Shown here piece by piece: positions 26,721-35,711 of a stretch of DNA of 64,000 nucleotides. The stretch is from contig DATGQD010000062.1 of assembly GCA_035304385.1 (NCBI GenBank), forward strand, positions 22,119 to 86,118. The letters run 5' to 3'. The position numbers and the translations under genes were made by a program. Under the pieces are notes generated by a model. It saw nothing but the letters and a program-made list of their open reading frames with translations, made no database searches and was not told the origin of the DNA. The DNA comes from Cyclobacteriaceae bacterium (GTDB lineage Bacteria; Bacteroidota; Bacteroidia; Cytophagales; Cyclobacteriaceae). Numbering within the stretch: the first letter of the stretch is position 1; every line of letters begins with the position of its first letter.

Positions 26721-27410
26721 ATGAAACTGGATTTGTACGAAAAGCACGAACGGATACTCGTCGCTGTTGATTGTATCATTTTTGGTTTCGATGGCAACAA
26801 ATTACAGGCGCTTTTAATCAAGCGGGGCTTTGAACCAGAAAAAGGTAAGTGGTCCCTGATGGGAGGATTCGTCGGCGGGACGGAAAGTGCCGAGCAGTCG
26901 GCTGTCCGCGTTCTTCACCAGCTCACCGGCATGGAAAACATCTACATGGAGCAGCTGGGATGCTTCAGTGACGTGCAGCGCGATACGGCCGGCCGCGTGA
27001 TCTCCATCGCCTTCTTTGCATTGATCAACAAGAAGGACTACAGCACTCAAATGCAGTTGGAACACGAAGCGAGGTGGTTTCCGCTGAACGAGGTACCGCA
27101 GCTGATCTTCGATCACAATAAGATGGTCGAGCGCGCGCGGAAACGCCTCCAGGAAAAAGTGGTGAACCACCCGATAGGGTTTGAATTGCTTCCGACCAAG
27201 TTTACCCTCCCCCAGCTGCAGAGTTTGTATGAAGCCATCTATGAAACCCCGCTCGACAAGCGAAATTTCACCAAGAAAGTTTTGTCGCTCGGCATCCTGA
27301 ACAAGTTGGCAGAGAAAGAAAAGGAATCGTCGCGCAAGGGCGCTTTTTATTATGTATTCGACAGCGATCGCTATAGCAAACTTCAGTCGAACGGTGTGAA
27401 ATTCATCTAG
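26721..27410 (+). CDS. NrtR/AraR-like transcriptional regulator with degenerate Nudix domain
   Basis: The Nudix fold has box GFVGGTESAEQSAVRVLHQLTG, in which REUxEE is replaced by RVLHQL (catalytic Glu residues lost). A C-terminal winged-helix-like part follows. It lies directly upstream of the GH51 arabinofuranosidase. Confidence 0.75.
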   Translation: MKLDLYEKHERILVAVDCIIFGFDGNKLQALLIKRGFEPEKGKWSLMGGFVGGTESAEQSAVRVLHQLTGMENIYMEQLGCFSDVQRDTAGRVISIAFFALINKKDYSTQMQLEHEARWFPLNEVPQLIFDHNKMVERARKRLQEKVVNHPIGFELLPTKFTLPQLQSLYEAIYETPLDKRNFTKKVLSLGILNKLAEKEKESSRKGAFYYVFDSDRYSKLQSNGVKFI

Positions 27411-27485
27411 CCGGGGCGGCGCCACGGTCGCCCGCTGCCCGTAGCTGGCCCGTTAATACTTTCGCCAACGCCCATTCGAAAAAAT

Positions 27486-27526
27486 AAGTGTAAATGATAC
27501 AGTTTATAAATAACTAAAGTGTAAAT
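27486..27526. promoter_or_regulatory. direct repeat AAGTGTAAAT x2 (31-bp spacing), candidate operator upstream of GH51 gene
   Basis: Exact 10-mers at 27486-27495 and 27517-27526 in the regulator-GH51 spacer. Confidence 0.3.
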
Positions 27527-27628
27527 TCACCCGCTGGGACACGCATGGCCTCCCTGCAAGTGGGGGTCGATGCATCTTCCTACGGGCCTTAGCCCGCTGT
27601 AGTGTGTATCCAACAATCAGTTACGAAG

Positions 27629-29167
27629 ATGAAATACCTGAACCCAACCGTCATCCTTGCTACCTTCCTGGTGGGCTTTAGCCTCGTCACCAGTGCGCAA
27701 AACAAAATCATAGTCCGTGCTTCTGAAGGCGAAACCACGATAAGTCGCCACATCTATGGGCACTTCGCCGAACACCTGGGCCGCTGTATCTATGGCGGAT
27801 TTTATGTGGGCGAGGATAATACGACGATACCCCATACGAAGGGTGTGAGAAATGATGTTGTGCAGGCGTTAAAGGAGCTCAAGATCCCGAACCTGCGCTG
27901 GCCTGGTGGATGTTTTGCAGACACCTATCACTGGAAGGATGGCATTGGTCCGAAAGATCAGAGACCCTCGATGATCAACCGTTGGTGGGGTGGCGTATCG
28001 GAAGACAACAGCTTCGGTACGCACGATTTTCTCGACATGTGTGAGCTGCTTGGCGCAGAGCCTTATCTGTCGGCCAACGTGGGCAGCGGAACGGTGCAGG
28101 AGTTAATCGACTGGGAACAGTACGTAAACGTCGATAAGGGAAGTCCGATGGCGGAGTTGCGTATGGAAAACGGTCGTGAAAAACCCTGGAACGTGAAGTA
28201 CTGGGGCGTCGGTAACGAAACCTGGGGTTGTGGTGGAAACATGACCGCAGAGTACTACGCAAACATCTACCGGCAGTATGCTACGTTCCTTCCCAGAAGT
28301 ACATACCGGATCGCTTCGGGTGCCAACTCGCGCGACTACCACTGGACGGAAGTGCTGATGCGCGACATTCCGCACAACATGCTCGAAGGCGTTGCCTTGC
28401 ACCACTATTCTGTCATCGACTGGAACAATAAGGGCTCAGATACCGAGTTCACCGAAGAACAGTATTTCAAGACCATGAAGTCGGCATTGTTTATGGACGA
28501 GCTGATACGCCGTCATAGCACGATCATGGACAAGTATGATCCCAACAAACGCGTAGCCCTGGTGGTAGATGAGTGGGGCGGATGGTATGACGTGCAACCC
28601 GGTACCAATCCCGCGTTTCTCTATCAGCAAAATACCATGCGCGATGCCATCCTGGCCGGCGCTACTTTGAATATCTTCAACAACCACGCTGAGCGGGTGA
28701 AGATGGCCAACCTGGCGCAGACGATTAACGTACTTCAGGCCGTGATACTGACCGACGAGGAAAAAATGATCCTTACGCCGACGTATCATGTAATGAAGAT
28801 GTACAACGTACACCAGGATGCCAAGCTGCTTCCGATCTCCGTGAAATCCAACGACTACACCCTCAACGGTGAAAAGCTTCAGGCCGTATGGGCGTCGGCT
28901 TCAACCGACAGCCTGGGAAGGACCCACGTGTCGCTGGTGAACGTAGACGCCCGCAATGCGCAGGAAGTATCTGTTAGCTTCTTCGGCGGCAACTATAAGA
29001 AAGTTACCGGATCGATCCTCCGCTCTGCAAAGCTGCAGGATCATAACACCTTCGACAACCCGAACAAGGTTGCCCCCGCCGCGTTCAACGGCGCCCGGCT
29101 CCGCGGTGACGACCTCACCGTGACCCTGCCTCCGTTCTCGGTAGTGGTGCTTGAATTAACCCCGTAA
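27629..29167 (+). CDS. alpha-L-arabinofuranosidase, GH51
   Basis: Signal peptide from ATG 27629. IYGHFAEHLGRCIYGG, LRWPGGCFAD, acid/base context WGVGNETWGCGG, and nucleophile context ALVVDEWGGWY. Confidence 0.9.
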   Translation: MKYLNPTVILATFLVGFSLVTSAQNKIIVRASEGETTISRHIYGHFAEHLGRCIYGGFYVGEDNTTIPHTKGVRNDVVQALKELKIPNLRWPGGCFADTYHWKDGIGPKDQRPSMINRWWGGVSEDNSFGTHDFLDMCELLGAEPYLSANVGSGTVQELIDWEQYVNVDKGSPMAELRMENGREKPWNVKYWGVGNETWGCGGNMTAEYYANIYRQYATFLPRSTYRIASGANSRDYHWTEVLMRDIPHNMLEGVALHHYSVIDWNNKGSDTEFTEEQYFKTMKSALFMDELIRRHSTIMDKYDPNKRVALVVDEWGGWYDVQPGTNPAFLYQQNTMRDAILAGATLNIFNNHAERVKMANLAQTINVLQAVILTDEEKMILTPTYHVMKMYNVHQDAKLLPISVKSNDYTLNGEKLQAVWASASTDSLGRTHVSLVNVDARNAQEVSVSFFGGNYKKVTGSILRSAKLQDHNTFDNPNKVAPAAFNGARLRGDDLTVTLPPFSVVVLELTP

Positions 29168-29331
29168 AGCAGGCCTTCGGGCCTGACCTGCGGTCGCTTT
29201 ACGGTGAACCTGGCCTGAGGTCGCTTTACGGCGAGCCTGGCCTTCGGACCTGGGCCTCGGACGATTTACAGTGAAGCAGGCGTAAACGATTTTTGGCGAA
29301 GCCATAAAGCGACCGCAGGTCTGCTTTATGG
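29162..29331. repeat. nested palindromic (REP-like) units built on CCGTAAAGC / GCTTTACGG
   Basis: CCGTAAAGC at 29162-29170. GGTCGCTTTACGG occurs twice. CCTGCGGTCGCTTTA (29188-29202) pairs with TAAAGCGACCGCAGG (29306-29320). GCCATAAAGC (29301-29310) pairs with GCTTTATGGC (29322-29331). The structure overlaps both flanking stop codons. Confidence 0.65.
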
Positions 29332-30426
29332 CTTTTTCCTTCTAAACCTCAACCTTCGGAACACCAGTCGGGGTGGATCGACATTGTCGCCTACCAGGAT
29401 GCCATACGGTTTCAGCGGTTCGACCCGATCGCAGATGACCTTCAACACCGCAATGCTGGGAATAGCGAGGAACATGCCCGGCACACCACACAGCGCACCG
29501 CCCACCAGGATGCCCAGCAATGTGGCAAGCGCGTTAATACGTACTTTCGATCCCACAATAAAGGGCATTAGAAAATTGTTGTCGATAAACTGAACGAGGG
29601 CCAATACCACCGCGACCCACAACACGTCAGACATATTCTCCGACGACACGAGCGTAATGAGCATGCAGAATACATTGGCGACGAGCATGCCGATGTAGGG
29701 CACCAGGTTTAGCAGGGCTGCAACAAGCGCCAGGAAAAGCGGATACTTGATCCCCAGGATGAGAAATCCTGTCGAGTTTAGCGTAAAGACGATCACGACT
29801 TCTATAAGAAGTCCAAGAATGAAACTTTGGGAGACCATCCGCGATTCATGCAGTACGTCGCGAATCTGGTCCTCGGTGTCGTTGCGAAACACAAAAATGA
29901 AGAACTGCTTGATCAGCTCCTTATAATAAAGCAGTAAAAAGGTATACACCGGAAGGAGCACGAGATATGAAACGAAGGTCGTAAGCGAAACAACGGTCGC
30001 GCCTACTATTTTTTCCGCCTCTACTTTCTCCTTGGTTTCTTCGATGTACTCCTGCTGCTCACGGACATTGACGTTGAAATTTTCCCGTATCCAGCCCTGG
30101 ATTGAGGAGAACAGTTCGTTGAGTCGTTCTTTTATGACGTCGATATCCTGAAAGAACGTAACCATCTGCCGCGACAGAAAATAGGCCATACCCAGGATCA
30201 CCGCCATGGCCAGCAGGAGGGAAAGGATAATGGCGACGGGGTGCGGAATCTTCCACGACCTGAGAAACATCACAATCGGTAACAGGAGCGTGGCGAGCAG
30301 TACGGAAAAAAACAGTGGAATGAGAATACTCTGTCCTACGTATAGAATGCTGCCCAGCAGAACAAGAGTCAATAAGTTAAACGCCAGCTTCTGGTAAAAC
30401 GGCGTAGAATCAGCAGCGGCGCTCAT
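29326..30426 (-). CDS. AI-2E family transporter (PerM/UPF0118)
   Basis: 366 aa with about 8 TM segments. It has typical AI-2E architecture, including the ...VPYIGMLVANV... and ...PGMFLAIPSIAVLKVI... segments. Confidence 0.85.
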   Translation of the reverse strand: MSAAADSTPFYQKLAFNLLTLVLLGSILYVGQSILIPLFFSVLLATLLLPIVMFLRSWKIPHPVAIILSLLLAMAVILGMAYFLSRQMVTFFQDIDVIKERLNELFSSIQGWIRENFNVNVREQQEYIEETKEKVEAEKIVGATVVSLTTFVSYLVLLPVYTFLLLYYKELIKQFFIFVFRNDTEDQIRDVLHESRMVSQSFILGLLIEVVIVFTLNSTGFLILGIKYPLFLALVAALLNLVPYIGMLVANVFCMLITLVSSENMSDVLWVAVVLALVQFIDNNFLMPFIVGSKVRINALATLLGILVGGALCGVPGMFLAIPSIAVLKVICDRVEPLKPYGILVGDNVDPPRLVFRRLRFRRKKP

Positions 30427-30508
30427 AGGAATGGTGGGTCACAAAACAAAAAGAAAAGAATGACCATCATCCGGGGGAACGACGATCATTCCAGGTCTGA
30501 TTTCGGTG

Positions 30509-30661
30509 TCAAACGCTTCGACCCCGGATGATGCTTACCAGCACGGAAATTACCGCAAGGACCAGCAGGATGTGGATCAACCCACCTGCCGAGTATCCAA
30601 GGAAACCAATGAGCCATGCTATAACCAGCACGACAGCTACGATATACAAGATGCTACCCAT
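30509..30661 (-). CDS. lmo0937 family small membrane protein (50 aa, absent from ORF track)
   Basis: Hand translation gives MGSILYIVAVVLVIAWLIGFLGYSAGGLIHILLVLAVISVLVSIIRGRSV*. This is the characteristic two-TM family (GGLIHILLV). Confidence 0.8.
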   Translation of the reverse strand: MGSILYIVAVVLVIAWLIGFLGYSAGGLIHILLVLAVISVLVSIIRGRSV

Positions 30662-30811
30662 AACTATATGTTGTTTAGTTTTGTAGGGTAGTTAGAAATC
30701 GTGTGCCAGTTGCCAAACAGGCCTGAAACCCATAATAACCTGTTAGCGCTGGGAAGGAATTTCTACAATTTTGGAGAACAAAAGGTACGAATCACGTAAC
30801 CCACACGCGAT

Positions 30812-31546
30812 ATGTGTTATCACAAACAGGATGTAGCCTTGAAGGACGCCTTAATCGACAGGTACCGCGCTACCATGCCGTTCGACTATGAGCCGATGTA
30901 TTATGAAAACGGGTTCGACTTCAAGGCGTCGCCGGTCATTACTTCGGCATCACCGGGTATGTTTCAGTCGGTCACCTGGGGGCTCATTCCCTGGTGGGTG
31001 AAGTCGCCAAAGGAGGCAGAGTCCATACGCGTTCGTACGCTGAATGCCGTCAGTGAGGAAATGTTCGACAAACCCGCATTCCGCGACGCGGCCGCTGATG
31101 GAAAAAGGTGTCTCATTCCGTGCACTGGATTTTTCGAATGGCGGTGGTTCAACGGCGGAAAGACGAAGTACCCCTACTTCGTATACCTTCCCGGAGAACC
31201 TATTTTTTCACTTGCGGGACTTTGGAGTTCGTGGACCGACCGGCAGACCGGCGAGGTACTTCAGACCTACACGGTACTCACCACCCGCGCCAATACGTTG
31301 ATGGAAAAAATCCATAACAGCAAAAAGCGAATGCCCGTCATCATCCCCAAAGAATACGAACAGGATTGGGTTGGATCCCGCCTCACGAAGGATGACGTGC
31401 TCGCTCTTTGTCAACCTATCGATAGCAATCTTATGGATGCATACACCATCTCAAAAATGATCACCGACAGAAGGGTGGAGGATAAGAATCAACCCGAAGT
31501 AGCGCGGCGATTCGAATACCCTGAACTCGCTTTGCTCGACGGCTGA
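30812..31546 (+). CDS. SOS response-associated peptidase (SRAP/YedK family)
   Basis: Starts MC (Cys2 nucleophile). GLIPWW and FFEW motifs are present, and the length (244 aa) is typical. Confidence 0.85.
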   Translation: MCYHKQDVALKDALIDRYRATMPFDYEPMYYENGFDFKASPVITSASPGMFQSVTWGLIPWWVKSPKEAESIRVRTLNAVSEEMFDKPAFRDAAADGKRCLIPCTGFFEWRWFNGGKTKYPYFVYLPGEPIFSLAGLWSSWTDRQTGEVLQTYTVLTTRANTLMEKIHNSKKRMPVIIPKEYEQDWVGSRLTKDDVLALCQPIDSNLMDAYTISKMITDRRVEDKNQPEVARRFEYPELALLDG

Positions 31547-31824
31547 CCCGATCGCTCAATGACATAAAACACCAGGGCGTTAAACGTGGGATGATTGAGC
31601 CTCCGGCACAGCAAGCGGTTGAGCAGGTCGTTGATGTTTCGGTTGCCGAAGATGAGGAAAAACTCTACCTCGGTTACGTTGCGGGGCTGTTTCGAAAATT
31701 CGTTCCGGAACATCCTTTTCCATGTTGCAACGTTGAATCCAAACCTCACGCGCAACTCCTCCCACACCATTTCCATGTGCCGGGCGTTAAATTCGTCGCT
31801 GATCTTTGCCGGAAGCCCTGTCAT
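31489..31824 (-). CDS. hypothetical protein (uncertain)
   Basis: This is the best-looking reading frame in an ambiguous region (MTGLPAKISDEFNARHMEMVWEELRVRFGFNVATWKRMFRNEF...). Its 3' end overlaps the SRAP 3' end by 58 nt. I recognise no family. Confidence 0.35.
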   Translation of the reverse strand: MTGLPAKISDEFNARHMEMVWEELRVRFGFNVATWKRMFRNEFSKQPRNVTEVEFFLIFGNRNINDLLNRLLCRRLNHPTFNALVFYVIERSGQPSSKASSGYSNRRATSG

Positions 31825-32125
31825 ATCCGCAACGTTACAGGCTCTGCAATCGCCGTGCAATAGGGTTGACAGCAGTTGTCAGCATCGTGCTCATGTGCAG
31901 CGATCAGGGCTTTCCAATAGCCCGAACCTTATCCTTTGTTTGCGGCAACAGCGGCAATTTTGGCCTTTTCTGCAAAAAAACTGACTTACTTTCGAAGAAC
32001 ACGGTCACACGGCGGTCCGCCAGGGTATTAAAAGCCAAACCGGGTCCCCACAGCCCGGAAACCCAAGATTACCAACCCCCAGGGAAAAAAAGGGAAGGTC
32101 AAGGTGACCTCCCGACCAAACAACC

Positions 32126-32320
32126 ATGAAACCTGGGAGACACGATATTGTCCTGCTACCCGATGGCACGGAGGGTAGGGTACTGGAACGATTTTCCACC
32201 GACCGAATCACCGTGTATAAGATCCAGATTGGCCTCGAGATCCAATATTTCGACGAGCATAAAGTCACGCTCAAGCGGCGTCACTTTATGAATCGCGTAA
32301 AGGCCATTTTCTCAAAGTAG
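32126..32320 (+). CDS. hypothetical 64-aa protein (uncertain)
   Basis: MKPGRHDIVLLPDGTEGRVLERFSTDRITVYKIQIGLEIQYFDEHKVTLKRRHF... has beta-rich, globular-looking composition. There is no other support. Confidence 0.35.
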   Translation: MKPGRHDIVLLPDGTEGRVLERFSTDRITVYKIQIGLEIQYFDEHKVTLKRRHFMNRVKAIFSK

Positions 32321-32454
32321 GGCGTTAGCTGCGTTTTTTGCGTCGATTTCAGTTGGGCCCGGCGGCACAGCCCACGCACTCACCCTTGAGGTGGTATTTG
32401 CCCACCTGCTATATTTTTCGTAATTAGCAAACCGCACAACGCCCCCAACCTCTT

Positions 32455-33009
32455 GTGAAAAAGGTACTGGCCATCTTACTCCTGGTTGTATTCCTATTCA
32501 ACGTGGGTGGTTATTACATTTTCTTTTGGGGGCTGGACTATTCCGCGAAAACTACGCTCACACAACGACTCGATTCCGGCAACTACTCCGAACTGGAAAC
32601 GTTCGAATTCAAGATTCCGCTTAACATCCCTTATCCGATTCAAAGCCAAAGCCGCGGTTTCGATCGCGCACATGGAGCCTTTGAACACAACGGCGAATTC
32701 TACGAACTCGTAAAGCAAAAATTCGAGAACGACACCCTATACGTTGTTTGCGTTAAGAACGAAAAGAAACACCACCTGGCGCAGGCGTTTAAAAAATACG
32801 CGCGCATATCCACCGATGCCGAAGGTTCCTCACAGGCCGGCAACGACCTCGTGAGTAAACTGGTCAAGGACTTCAACACACCATCCCTGTCGGAGTCTAT
32901 TACGGCCGACGGCTGGAGCCGCACCTTGCTATACGCTGGCCTCGCCGTAGCTATAATCAAGATGGCCAGCGAAGTGGTATCGCCGCCACCCAACTCAATT
33001 CTCTCCTAA
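32455..33009 (+). CDS. hypothetical membrane-anchored protein
   Basis: GTG start. N-terminal TM MKKVLAILLLVVFLFNVGGYYIFFWGL. It is the first gene of a same-strand four-gene cluster. Confidence 0.6.
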   Translation: MKKVLAILLLVVFLFNVGGYYIFFWGLDYSAKTTLTQRLDSGNYSELETFEFKIPLNIPYPIQSQSRGFDRAHGAFEHNGEFYELVKQKFENDTLYVVCVKNEKKHHLAQAFKKYARISTDAEGSSQAGNDLVSKLVKDFNTPSLSESITADGWSRTLLYAGLAVAIIKMASEVVSPPPNSILS

Positions 33010-33137
33010 CCATTTTCTGTTTCCATAACAGATACACCCACTGATGGGCTATTGCCTGTTGCTGGATGCGTATGCCTGTGTTCGTATAGGAACACGACGC
33101 ATAGCCATTGATTTAGACTTTGAATAACCCCCTAATT

Positions 33138-34064
33138 ATGAACAACCATACCAGACTGTTGCTGGTGGGAGTGTGCCTCATTGCAGGCAGCGGGCTCCTC
33201 CAGGCGCAAACACCTACTGATGCGGTAATGATGAAGCAGCGCGAGTCGTGTCTCGCCATAATGTACGATCAGGGTTCCTTTGACGAATACTGGGAAGGAA
33301 CCAACCTGCGCACGAACGCGACCATCGCGACCGTACGCCGGACTACCATTCTACCCATGATCGCCATAGGCATTATGGATAACCTCAACCTGATCGTTTC
33401 TACACCCTATGTTCGTACGAAATCCGACGAACCGAATGGAGGCAAATTTCAAGGTGCGAAAGGGTTTCAGGATCTCGGACTGGTACTCAAATACCGGTTC
33501 CTCAATAAGGAAATGGAAGGTGGAAAATTGGCGCTCGTCGGGGCTGTCGGTTACTCGACACCGATGACCAATTACCTTTCCGACTACCTGCCCTATAGCC
33601 TTGGGTTTGGCGCTCCGGAAGTGAGCGGCCGGGCCATCGTGCAGTACGAATGGAATAACGGCTTCTACGCCCGCGGTTCGTTTGCATACCTGTGGCGCGG
33701 CGAGACCGAGGCGGAGCGCGACTACTACTACAACAATGGCAGCTTCTACACGGCCTGGATGGACGTGCCCAACGCCACCAACTTCCAGGTGGTTGCCGGT
33801 AAATGGTTCTTCGACCACGCGTTTCACGTCGAAGCCTTGTATAACGCTACGCAATGTCTCAGCGGTGACGACATACGTGCGTATAACGCGGCGCAGCCTA
33901 CGAACAAAGTGGGAGTGGCACAAGTAGGCGTGAATGCCCAGTATTTCTTCCCGAACATTAAGGGCTTCGGTGTACTGGCGTATTATTCACAGTGCGTCAG
34001 TGGCCGAAACATGGGCAAGTTTACGAACATCGGCGCAGGCCTCACCTACCAGTTTAAAATTTAA
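33138..34064 (+). CDS. outer-membrane beta-barrel protein (MetA-pathway/'transporter'-like)
   Basis: Signal peptide (LLLVGVCLIAGSGLLQAQ), alternating aromatic beta-strand pattern, and C-terminal GAGLTYQFKI. The family guess is from overall resemblance only. Confidence 0.7.
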   Translation: MNNHTRLLLVGVCLIAGSGLLQAQTPTDAVMMKQRESCLAIMYDQGSFDEYWEGTNLRTNATIATVRRTTILPMIAIGIMDNLNLIVSTPYVRTKSDEPNGGKFQGAKGFQDLGLVLKYRFLNKEMEGGKLALVGAVGYSTPMTNYLSDYLPYSLGFGAPEVSGRAIVQYEWNNGFYARGSFAYLWRGETEAERDYYYNNGSFYTAWMDVPNATNFQVVAGKWFFDHAFHVEALYNATQCLSGDDIRAYNAAQPTNKVGVAQVGVNAQYFFPNIKGFGVLAYYSQCVSGRNMGKFTNIGAGLTYQFKI

Positions 34065-34083
34065 CCCCTCAAGCTTGCACACT

Positions 34084-35628
34084 ATGAAAAAGAGATACAC
34101 CCTATCTTTTCTCGGCGTATGCCTCGGCATGCTCTTCGTCGTATCCTGCGATCGGGAGTTGCCCATCAACATGAGTTATTCGCATTATCAATACGCATCG
34201 CTCGACCCGAATGGCGGAAGCTGGTCGCCCATCATCCTGAACGCGGCCGACCAGATTGAGATACCCGAGCCTGCCGATGCAGGCTCTGCGGAATACCAGG
34301 CTGAATTAGCCGATCTCAAAGACGCAATGTCGGGCCTTAGTTCTCAGCAACGTACGGCCATCGACTACTGGACGAACAACCCGTCGATCCGGTGGATGGA
34401 GATCGCGATGGAGCTCGTGGCCAAATACAATTTGATTCCCGGTCCGAACCCGGATGGAACGTATACGCTGCCCAGCCCTGCGAATCCTTCCGGCCCGCCG
34501 CCGTTTCCGTTCGCCCATCCGGCGTACTCGTGTCGCGCCTTCGCCTACATGACCGTCGCGCAATTCGACGCACTCATCGCAGCATGGCACTACAAATTTC
34601 AGTATGAACGACCGGCACCTTCGCAAGTCGACCCGTCGATCGAAGCGGCCTATGGCGACAACAGCCTGCCGTCTTATCCTTCCGGCGCTGCTGTGGTGAC
34701 CGCGGTCTCACGCGATATTCTCACGGCGCTTTTCCCTCTTGAAAAGGACTACCTGGCATCGCGCGCCGAAGAGCACCTCTCCAGCCTTTTGTGGGCAGGG
34801 GAGGCGGTTCAAAGTGATGTCGACGCAGGCGAATTTCTGGGCAGCGAGGTGGCGAAGCTTGCACTTGCCCGCGCTGCCGGTGACGGAATGAACAAGGCCC
34901 AGGTGGACAAGCCGGTGTCGGATTCGATCCGCGACTCAGCGATCCAACGCTACGGCTGGTCGTGGGAAAACCAGGAAATCCCCAAGCGCCCCGTTGGTCT
35001 CGCGCCCTTCTACGGCAAGGTGCAGATGTGGAATGTGCCTGATGTTGAACTTACACGTCCCGGTCCGCCGCCCGCCGTCGGCTCTGCCGAATACGAGGCT
35101 GACGTGGAAATCCTCATAGCGCATCAGAACAATATGACGGAGGAGAAACGCCGCATTGCCAACTATTGGCAGGACGGTCTGGGAACCTACACGCCGCCGG
35201 GTCACTGGAATACGATCGCGTTTGAATACATCGTGAAGAATAAGATGAATCCGCTGCGTACGGTACGGACACTTGCATACCTCAATATGGCTATGCAGGA
35301 TGCCGGTATAAGCTGCTGGGACGCGAAGTATTATTATCACTATCCGCGCCCCATTCAGATGATCCCAAGCTTCAAGACCATCGCGGGAACACCAAACTTC
35401 CCCAGCTATACTTCCGGTCACAGCACGTTTTCTGCTGCTGCGGCAGAAGTGCTCTCACACATTTTCCCCGAAGAAGGAGAAATATTCAGGCAGTGGGCGG
35501 AAGAGGCGGCCATCTCAAGAGTGTACGGTGGTATTCACTGGACCTTCGATTCAGAGGTGGGCCTTGAACAGGGTAGAGATGTCGCCTCCTACACCCTTGC
35601 GGTGATGGAGAGCGACGGTTCAGAATAA
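34084..35628 (+). CDS. PAP2-superfamily lipoprotein, vanadium-dependent haloperoxidase-like
   Basis: Lipobox MKKRYTLSFLGVCLGMLFVVSC. All three PAP2/V-haloperoxidase motifs are present: KYYYHYPRP (Kx6RP), TSGHSTFS (SGH), SRVYGGIHWTFD (SRx5Hx3D). A long helical N-domain precedes them. Confidence 0.8.
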   Translation: MKKRYTLSFLGVCLGMLFVVSCDRELPINMSYSHYQYASLDPNGGSWSPIILNAADQIEIPEPADAGSAEYQAELADLKDAMSGLSSQQRTAIDYWTNNPSIRWMEIAMELVAKYNLIPGPNPDGTYTLPSPANPSGPPPFPFAHPAYSCRAFAYMTVAQFDALIAAWHYKFQYERPAPSQVDPSIEAAYGDNSLPSYPSGAAVVTAVSRDILTALFPLEKDYLASRAEEHLSSLLWAGEAVQSDVDAGEFLGSEVAKLALARAAGDGMNKAQVDKPVSDSIRDSAIQRYGWSWENQEIPKRPVGLAPFYGKVQMWNVPDVELTRPGPPPAVGSAEYEADVEILIAHQNNMTEEKRRIANYWQDGLGTYTPPGHWNTIAFEYIVKNKMNPLRTVRTLAYLNMAMQDAGISCWDAKYYYHYPRPIQMIPSFKTIAGTPNFPSYTSGHSTFSAAAAEVLSHIFPEEGEIFRQWAEEAAISRVYGGIHWTFDSEVGLEQGRDVASYTLAVMESDGSE

Positions 35629-35711
35629 TTGTTGGTTGACAATGAAGCCGGGGGCTCTTTGAGTCTTCGGCTTCCTCGTTGACCGATATGACAACAAGGA
35701 ATTAATTAAAA

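Noticed and set aside
30506-30691. + strand 61-aa ORF
   Set aside because: It is antisense to a recognisable lmo0937-type small membrane protein gene, and its own translation (DDAYQHGNYRKDQQDVDQ...) is not protein-like.
31591-32129. + strand ORFs 31591-31863, 31595-31984 and 31806-32129
   Set aside because: They overlap one another in different frames, have Cys/Arg/Ser-rich odd composition, and have no motifs. Only the minus-strand frame was kept, at low confidence.
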